From NCBI GenBank assembly GCA_913043155.1, contig CAJWLY010000005.1, forward strand, positions 1 to 23,446: 23,446 nt of DNA, given 5' to 3'. Below the pieces are notes generated by a model, which was given only the letters and a program-made list of their open reading frames with translations, made no database searches and was not told where the DNA came from. Source of the DNA: an uncultured Nitrospinaceae bacterium (GTDB lineage Bacteria; Nitrospinota; Nitrospinia; Nitrospinales; VA-1). The position numbers were made by a program, and so were the translations under genes. Positions 17,369 to 23,446 of the stretch are shown in pieces; within the stretch, counting starts at the first letter, position 1, and each line of letters starts with the position of its first letter.

Positions 17369-18933
17369 AGCGCATCGTTTACATCCTGCTGGCATTATCC
17401 CTTGAGCTGACAGCCATCGGCCCGGCAAGTGGGACGCCCACAGCCACCCCCCCTGACGAAGTATTCGCCGGGTATAAGCTGATCGAACAGTGGCGCATTG
17501 AAGAGGCCGGTACCCTGGCCGAAAAATTGCTGGACAAATATCCCGAATCGGGAGACGCCCATTTCCTTAGTGCGCGGATCGAATTTTTAAGAGGAAACTA
17601 TAAATACGCCAAAAAAATTCTCGGCCGCGTTGGGGACAACCACGCTCCAGTCCGCGAATTCAAAACACTGGTCCAGGACACCCATGATGCGACAAAATTG
17701 TTCATCTCCCGGGAGTCGGAACATTTCATCTTTCACTTCGAGCAGGGCCCCGATGAAATTCTAGTACATTACGCTGAAGAGGTTTTGGAAAAATCATATG
17801 AAGTCCTCGGCAAGCTCCTAAATTACTACCCTCAACAAAAAGTACTGGTCGAATTCTATCCTGACCGGAAACCTTTTTCCCGCATCTCTCCGCTAACGCT
17901 CCAAGACATCCTCACATCAGGCACGGTGGCGCTTTGCAAGTACAACCGCATCATGATGATCTCCCCGGGGTCCCTAGTGCGCGGCTATAACTGGATGGAC
18001 ACACTGAGCCATGAATACACCCATTACCTCATGACGAGAAAAAGTCGTAACAACCTTCCGCTGTGGATGCATGAGGGAATCGCAAAATTCCTTGAAGGGC
18101 GATGGCGAAATAGCGAAGAATACCTAACCCCCATCATGGAGACGATACTTGCAGGCGGATTGAACAACGATTACCTGATCTCCCTCGACAGCATGATGCC
18201 TTCGCTGGCCAAGCTAAAAACAACCGAAGACGTACAATTAGCCTACGCTGAAGTGTCGACTATGATTGAGTACCTAGCAGAACTCCGGGGGGATGAGGTG
18301 ATCGCCGCCATTCTTGACGACTTGGCCGGAGGCGAACCGTTCGATTCAGCTTTTACAAGAAGGTTGGGCATGGATCTCGACGACTTTCAAAAAGAGTGGA
18401 AGCAATTTGCAAAGCAAAAAAATCTAAAAACCGTTCCCGGACTCAAAATTCCGGGAATTCGCTTCAGAGCTGATCGCTCTATAACAGAAGAGGACAGCAA
18501 AGAGTATCGCGAGGTCGGCGCACGCAAAACCCAGGACTTGACTTTTCTAGGAGACATCCTCAGGTCGCGAGACTTTAACCGGGCGGCGATCGTAGAGTAT
18601 CGTCGTGCCATTGACCAAGCGAAAACCTTTTCTCCCATTCTGCACAACAAACTTGCGAAGACCTTTTTTCTGACACGAGAGTTTGATCAGGCCGAGGCAC
18701 TCCTGAAAAAAAGCCTCAGTCATTATCCCATGTTCCATACCACCCTCTCTAGCCTGGGTGAACTCTATTTCGAAACCGGAAACATGGAAAAATCGCTCGA
18801 CTTCTACGAACAAGCAGTGCGGGTCAACCCTTTCAATCCGTTCGCGCACATCAGGCTGATGGCAATCTACCAAAAGCTGGGGCTGAACAAAGAAAAAGAA
18901 TTGCAGGCAAAACTGTTTGGATATATAGATTGA
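17365..18933 (+). CDS. Secreted HEXXH...E (Peptidase_MA_2-like) plus TPR-repeat protein
   Basis: 522 aa. N-terminal signal-like segment MKRIVYILLALSLELTAIGPASG. Zinc motif LSHEYTHYLM, followed by E in WMHEGIAKF 17 residues later. C-terminal TPR-like repeats (...YFETGNMEKSLDFYEQAVRVNPFNPFAHIRLMAIYQKLG). ATGA overlap with the upstream gene. Confidence 0.78.
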   Translation: MKRIVYILLALSLELTAIGPASGTPTATPPDEVFAGYKLIEQWRIEEAGTLAEKLLDKYPESGDAHFLSARIEFLRGNYKYAKKILGRVGDNHAPVREFKTLVQDTHDATKLFISRESEHFIFHFEQGPDEILVHYAEEVLEKSYEVLGKLLNYYPQQKVLVEFYPDRKPFSRISPLTLQDILTSGTVALCKYNRIMMISPGSLVRGYNWMDTLSHEYTHYLMTRKSRNNLPLWMHEGIAKFLEGRWRNSEEYLTPIMETILAGGLNNDYLISLDSMMPSLAKLKTTEDVQLAYAEVSTMIEYLAELRGDEVIAAILDDLAGGEPFDSAFTRRLGMDLDDFQKEWKQFAKQKNLKTVPGLKIPGIRFRADRSITEEDSKEYREVGARKTQDLTFLGDILRSRDFNRAAIVEYRRAIDQAKTFSPILHNKLAKTFFLTREFDQAEALLKKSLSHYPMFHTTLSSLGELYFETGNMEKSLDFYEQAVRVNPFNPFAHIRLMAIYQKLGLNKEKELQAKLFGYID

Positions 18934-18961
18934 TAATAGTTAATTGATTCAGGGAGATCTT

Positions 18962-19948
18962 ATGAAAGATCTGGAGTTGGCCCAAGAGTTATTGAGTGCG
19001 AAAAAGCGCGTCACCGGCGAAATACGAAAAGTGATCGTGGGGCAGGATGAGGTGATCGAAAACCTGTTGATTGCGTTGTTCTGCAAAGGACACTGCCTTT
19101 TTGTTGGCGTCCCCGGGCTGGCCAAAACCTTGTTGGTAAGCACTCTAGCCCGGGTACTGAATCTCAACTTCAGCAGGATCCAGTTCACACCCGACCTGAT
19201 GCCCTCAGACATCACCGGAACGGATATCCTTTACCAAGATCAGGCCACTAACAAGCGCGAATTCCGGTTCATCAAGGGGCCAGTTTTTGCCCACATCATT
19301 CTCGCGGACGAGATTAATCGCACACCACCAAAGACCCAGGCTGCCCTACTCCAAGCCATGCAGGAGCAGCAGGTGACCGTCGGCGGGAACACCTACCAAC
19401 TCGACCAACCCTTCCAAGTCTTCGCCACACAAAATCCGATTGAGCACGAAGGCACCTATCCCTTGCCCGAAGCACAATTGGACCGGTTCATGTTCCTAGT
19501 CAACGTTAGCTACCCCACCATGGAGCAGGAGGTTAACATTGCCATATCCACCACTTCGGGATTCCACCCGGACCTGGACGTAGTTCTGGATGCCGCACAT
19601 GTTCGTGAGTTGCAAACGCTGGTTCCGCGCGTTCCCGTGTCAGAACACGTCGCGGAATATGCGGTGCGGCTGGTGCAAAGCTCGCGCCCGAGCAAGAATG
19701 GGGCGACACCGGACTTCATAAACGAATGGATCGACTGGGGAGCGGGTCCGCGCGCGTCGCAATACCTTATTCTTGGGGCAAAGGCCCACGCCCTCATGGA
19801 CAACCGCGTAACCACAACCGTGGATGACATCAAAAACGTCGCCCGGCAGGTGCTCGAACACCGGCTCATTCTCAACTTCAAAGCCGAAGCTGAAAATATC
19901 ACCACCACCGATATTATCGAAAAACTTCTACAGGCAGTTAAAGCGTAA
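18962..19948 (+). CDS. MoxR-family AAA+ ATPase
   Basis: Walker A GVPGLAKT, Walker B ILADEINR, sensor ATQNP, helix-2 insert. These are classic MoxR/RavA features. ATG at 18962 with an AGGGAGA Shine-Dalgarno 5 nt upstream. The TTG at 18944 in the ORF track is rejected. Confidence 0.9.
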   Translation: MKDLELAQELLSAKKRVTGEIRKVIVGQDEVIENLLIALFCKGHCLFVGVPGLAKTLLVSTLARVLNLNFSRIQFTPDLMPSDITGTDILYQDQATNKREFRFIKGPVFAHIILADEINRTPPKTQAALLQAMQEQQVTVGGNTYQLDQPFQVFATQNPIEHEGTYPLPEAQLDRFMFLVNVSYPTMEQEVNIAISTTSGFHPDLDVVLDAAHVRELQTLVPRVPVSEHVAEYAVRLVQSSRPSKNGATPDFINEWIDWGAGPRASQYLILGAKAHALMDNRVTTTVDDIKNVARQVLEHRLILNFKAEAENITTTDIIEKLLQAVKA

Positions 19949-19975
19949 TCAGGAGATGTAAGTGAGGATCTTTTT

Positions 19976-20599
19976 CTAAACCAGGTTGGCCGTTTTCCAG
20001 TCCACTTCCACATTCTGAGTTGTTCCCGAGCGGGTCTGATACACCACGTGTCCATTAGACTCGCCGTACAGGAACAAGTCGCGCGTAATTTCAACATCCT
20101 TCTGGCAGTATTCGACAATTTTATCTATCTTACCCTCTCGGTACCATTGCAAAGAAACTAGTCCGTCGGCACTTTTTTGCGTCTTGAGCGTGTTCTGAGC
20201 TAGGTGGTCCAAGCTGAGCCTGTATCCCAGTTTTTTCTTAATATCAATCAGCATATCGAAGGTGCGGATTTTCTGCAGGTCAAAGTCGGAATACGGTTGA
20301 AGCACAGTATAGTCGAACCCGATCACGTTGAATCCGACCACAAGATCAGCAGAGCGGAGTTTTTCCGCTAGTTGCGAAGCATCCTTTTCCAGGTAGTTGA
20401 AAAACTGCTGTTCCAAACTATCCCACACCACTCCGACAGCCAGTTTCATCAAGTGGATGTTTTCCCAACCGCCCACCTCATGGGCACTTTTTTGAGTTTC
20501 CAAGTCGAAAAAGAGCGCGCGTACTCCGGATGACATCCGCTGAGGGGTTTTGGGTGCAATTTTCTCGGAACCTGCAAAAAGATCAAGTTGCTCGGACAT
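19976..20599 (-). CDS. DEDDy-type 3'-5' exonuclease (RNase D/DnaQ-like fold), standalone
   Basis: 207 aa. Exo I FFDLET, Exo II GFNVIGFDYTVL, Exo III YCQKDVEITRDLF. GAGG Shine-Dalgarno 5 nt upstream of the ATG. Convergent with MoxR. Confidence 0.7.
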   Translation of the reverse strand: MSEQLDLFAGSEKIAPKTPQRMSSGVRALFFDLETQKSAHEVGGWENIHLMKLAVGVVWDSLEQQFFNYLEKDASQLAEKLRSADLVVGFNVIGFDYTVLQPYSDFDLQKIRTFDMLIDIKKKLGYRLSLDHLAQNTLKTQKSADGLVSLQWYREGKIDKIVEYCQKDVEITRDLFLYGESNGHVVYQTRSGTTQNVEVDWKTANLV

Positions 20600-21148
20600 G
20601 CGACCTCAAAAGGGATCTTGTTGGAAGAACTCCAATTTAGCACCCCATAGCGCCAAATCAAGAGGAAATTTGAACATTAAGTAACTCATTAAAAACAAAA
20701 AGTTTTTTTGCGTTCAGCCCCCCCCAGAGTTTCTGCACCCGATCGCTCCAAATATGCGTAATTCCTTGAACTGGGTAACCCCCTTCCGAATGAAGTATGA
20801 AGAACGGTGAAGTACATCAAAATGACGATCGAATGGAGCGGGTGTTAGCAAGATTAACGACATCGCCAAAGTGATGTCTCTCGCCTTGACATGCAAAAAG
20901 TTGGCGAGGAAAGAGACGGTTGGAAATGCAGTACCAGTTCATCCTTTGGTTGATTCCGACCAACATTAAATCGGAGTTAGTCTTCATCATCCTATTTCCC
21001 TTCACGAAGTCTAGAGTGAGCGATCGTCAGAAACAGAGATTTCCCGGACAACCTCCTGCGAATTTAATTGTCAGCAAAGGTTGATTCTCCCAACCACTTT
21101 CTCACTTCTTATTTTCTCTTTTCAGAGTTTTCTCAGGGACGGTTTTTT

Positions 21149-21177
21149 TTGACAACCTCCGCAGGCTGTGATAAAAG
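21149..21177 (+). promoter_or_regulatory. Putative sigma70-type promoter for sucCD
   Basis: TTGACA (21149-21154), 17-nt spacer, TAAAAG (21172-21177) with TG upstream. T-rich tract immediately 5'. About 45 nt upstream of the sucC ATG. Confidence 0.3.
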
Positions 21178-21220
21178 TTCCCTTTCCCAGCGACATTCGT
21201 TTTAAATTCTTAATCTAGCC

Positions 21221-22381
21221 ATGAAAATCCACGAACATCAGGCGAAAGAAATTCTTGCGAGGTATAGCGTCGCCATACCCCGTGGTATCGTCGCCACCAC
21301 ACCCAAGCAGGCGGAAGCGGCGGCTCGCAAACTCGGGACCAGCGTGGTCGTGGTCAAAGCCCAAATCCATGCCGGCGGACGCGGTAAAGGTGGCGGCGTC
21401 AAGCTCGCCAAAAGTCCGGAAGAAGCAAAAGAACTCGCCAAAAAGATCATCGGCATGACCCTTGTAACTCCGCAGACGGGGCCGGAAGGGAGAAAGGTCA
21501 AAAAAGTCCTCATCGAAGAAGGCATGCCCATCGCCAAAGAGCTTTACTTAGGCATCCTGCTCGACCGACAAACCAGCCGGGTGCTCATCATGGCCAGCGA
21601 GGCAGGTGGCATGGAAATCGAAGAGGTCGCCGCCAAAACTCCGGAAAAGATCATCAAGGAATCGGTCGATCCCATCACTGGCGTTCACCCGTATCTTGCG
21701 AGAAAAATAGCGTTCGCGCTCAACCTGAAAGGCGACGCGTTCAAAAAAATGATTCCCTTCATCATCAATCTGTACCAGGCTTTCGTTAAGGAAGACTGCG
21801 ATATGCTGGAGATCAACCCCCTGATCGTCACCAAGGACGACCGGGTACTCGCGCTCGATGCCAAGGTCAACATCGACGACAACGCCCTATACCGCCAGAA
21901 AGAAACCCAGACCTACCGCGATCTGGATGAGGAAGACCCCATGGAGGTAGAAGCGAGCAAGTTCCACTTGAACTACATCAAGCTCGACGGAAACATCGGG
22001 TGCATGGTCAATGGAGCGGGTCTCGCTATGGCAACTATGGACATCATCAAGCATTCAGGCGGTGAACCGGCCAATTTTCTCGACGTAGGTGGCGGCGCCG
22101 ATGAGGAGATGATTGAAAATGGATTCCGCATCCTAATTTCCGACAGAAATGTAAAGGGGATTTTTATCAATATTTTTGGCGGGATCCTGCGATGTGACAT
22201 TCTCGCGCGCGGTGTCGTATTGGCGGCAAAAAAACTCCATATCAAAATTCCCATCGTCGTACGGATGGAAGGAACAAATATGAAAGAAGGGCATGATATT
22301 CTCGAACAATCAGGAATGGATTTTCTTGTTGCCCATGGAATGAAAGAAGGCGCAAAAAAAATGGTCGAAGCAATTCAATGA
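21221..22381 (+). CDS. sucC: Succinyl-CoA synthetase beta subunit (ADP/GDP-forming)
   Basis: 386 aa. [17 protein letters not shown]..., ATP-grasp N-terminus and a CoA-ligase C-terminus ([18 protein letters not shown]). ATGA overlap with sucD. Confidence 0.96.
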   Translation: MKIHEHQAKEILARYSVAIPRGIVATTPKQAEAAARKLGTSVVVVKAQIHAGGRGKGGGVKLAKSPEEAKELAKKIIGMTLVTPQTGPEGRKVKKVLIEEGMPIAKELYLGILLDRQTSRVLIMASEAGGMEIEEVAAKTPEKIIKESVDPITGVHPYLARKIAFALNLKGDAFKKMIPFIINLYQAFVKEDCDMLEINPLIVTKDDRVLALDAKVNIDDNALYRQKETQTYRDLDEEDPMEVEASKFHLNYIKLDGNIGCMVNGAGLAMATMDIIKHSGGEPANFLDVGGGADEEMIENGFRILISDRNVKGIFINIFGGILRCDILARGVVLAAKKLHIKIPIVVRMEGTNMKEGHDILEQSGMDFLVAHGMKEGAKKMVEAIQ

Positions 22382-23247
22382 GTATTCTAGTTGACGAAAA
22401 GACACGACTGATCGTCCAAGGGATTACTGGACGCGAGGGACAATTTCATACCGAACAATGCATGAGGTATGGCACCAAGGTAGTCGGTGGGGTCACCCCC
22501 GGCAAAGGCGGCCAGACCGTGCTGGGAAAAGTTCCCGTGTTCAACACCGTGCGCGACGCAGTTAAGAAGACCCGCACCAACGCCACCATGATCTTTGTGC
22601 CCCCCCCGTTCGCTGCCGACGCTATTCTCGAAGCGGCCGATGCCGGGGTCGAACTCATCATCTGCATCACCGAGGGCATTCCCGTATCGGACATGGTGGA
22701 GGTATACCGTTACATTCAAACCAGCGGTTCACGTTTAATCGGGCCCAACTGTCCGGGAATCATCTCTCCGGGGAAATGCAAGATCGGCATCATGCCGGCC
22801 CATATTCATAAAAAGGGGAACGTGGGCATTATTTCTCGGAGTGGCACCCTCACCTACGAAGCGGTCGGCCAGTTGACCGCTCTGGGCTACGGCCAGTCGA
22901 CCTGTATAGGAATCGGCGGCGACCCAATCATCGGCACGAAGTTTATTGATGCGCTGGAGCTTTTCCAGAAGGACCGCGGGACCAAGGCCATCTGCATGAT
23001 CGGCGAAATTGGCGGTACCGCCGAAGACGAAGCAGCCTACTACATCAAAAAATATGTCAGCAAACCGGTGGTCGGATTTATCGCGGGCCAGACCGCTCCA
23101 CCCGGCCGGCGTATGGGCCATGCCGGCGCCATCATCTCCGGCGGGCAGGGCACAGCCGATGAAAAAATGAAGGTCATGAGGCGGTGTGGAATCAAGGTGG
23201 TTAAAAGCCCCGCCGACCTTGGCAAAACCATTGCCAAAATTCTTTAA
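22378..23247 (+). CDS. sucD: Succinyl-CoA synthetase alpha subunit
   Basis: 289 aa. [11 protein letters not shown], CoA-binding fold, and the catalytic His region ([14 protein letters not shown]). Confidence 0.96.
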   Translation: MSILVDEKTRLIVQGITGREGQFHTEQCMRYGTKVVGGVTPGKGGQTVLGKVPVFNTVRDAVKKTRTNATMIFVPPPFAADAILEAADAGVELIICITEGIPVSDMVEVYRYIQTSGSRLIGPNCPGIISPGKCKIGIMPAHIHKKGNVGIISRSGTLTYEAVGQLTALGYGQSTCIGIGGDPIIGTKFIDALELFQKDRGTKAICMIGEIGGTAEDEAAYYIKKYVSKPVVGFIAGQTAPPGRRMGHAGAIISGGQGTADEKMKVMRRCGIKVVKSPADLGKTIAKIL

Positions 23248-23340
23248 TTTCCACTCCCTCCGCGTTCATCTTTCCTGTATTTTTAAAGAATCCTAAAGAA
23301 AAGAATTGTGACAGCACACAATCTGTGTCATCTAACAGAT

Positions 23341-23446
23341 ATGTCAGCAGAAGCCTGTCCCAAATGCGGTTATGAAAATGCCACGCAGTCAGCGTGGTGT
23401 GAGAAGTGCCTGCACCATTTCAACTCGTACAGAAAGGACAAGACCC
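23341..23446 (+). CDS. Partial ORF with N-terminal zinc ribbon (CPKCGYENATQSAWCEKC); runs off the window end
   Basis: Manual translation MSAEACPKCGYENATQSAWCEKCLHHFNSYRKDKT... gives CxxC-x10-CxxC. No stop before the window end and no clear Shine-Dalgarno. Confidence 0.3.
   Translation, partial: MSAEACPKCGYENATQSAWCEKCLHHFNSYRKDKT

Noticed and set aside
18944-18961. TTG start for MoxR given in the ORF track
   Set aside because: The downstream ATG at 18962 has a properly spaced AGGGAGA Shine-Dalgarno. The TTG lies inside that ribosome-binding region.
19510-20118. 202-aa minus-strand ORF overlapping MoxR and the exonuclease gene
   Set aside because: It overlaps two motif-supported genes. Its Ser/Thr/Arg/Cys-rich composition is typical of an off-frame translation.
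1-23446. Searched for CRISPR repeats, tRNA-like cloverleaf signatures (GGTTCGAATCC), IS inverted repeats and integrase/transposase ORFs
   Set aside because: None found by eye. This scan was limited to pattern recognition, and tRNAscan, CRISPRCasFinder or ISfinder would be needed to be definitive.

Overview
This 23.4-kb window reads as ordinary bacterial chromosome, with no transposase, integrase, CRISPR array, tRNA or rRNA that I could detect, and its most unusual region is a four-gene plus-strand cluster at 13147-19948: SPFH, a giant membrane coiled-coil protein, a secreted HEXXH/TPR protein and a MoxR ATPase. Gene density is high throughout.

Minus strand, 1-5762: an F1Fo ATP synthase operon. 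It carries a 4Fe-4S ferredoxin-like gene, then atpZ(I), atpB, atpE, atpF, atpH, atpA, atpG, and the 5' part of atpD running off the window start. Only one b-subunit gene is present.

Plus strand, 6166-12164:
- holB (DNA polymerase III delta') followed by a PSP1/RicT-like gene.
- metG, translationally coupled by an ATGA overlap to an unusual single ORF that fuses a TatD hydrolase domain to a C-terminal radical SAM domain.
- A DUF423/YgdD membrane protein.

After a divergent gene for an exported two-domain beta-rich protein comes the region I think deserves the second look, four plus-strand genes at 13147-19948:
- an SPFH/stomatin protein;
- a 1111-aa protein with N-terminal transmembrane helices, a beta-rich middle and a roughly 600-aa coiled-coil/low-complexity tail;
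- a signal-peptide protein with a HEXXH...E zinc-peptidase-like motif plus TPR repeats (overlapping its neighbour by ATGA);
- a MoxR-family AAA+ ATPase.

This cluster lacks the DUF58 and VWA partners that normally accompany MoxR. It is a candidate for an envelope-associated remodelling or protease module that has not been characterised.

A standalone DEDDy 3'-5' exonuclease gene is convergent with MoxR. A ~620-bp non-coding region and sucCD close the window, with a partial zinc-ribbon ORF at the 3' edge. All homology statements rest on motif recognition by eye; no searches were run.
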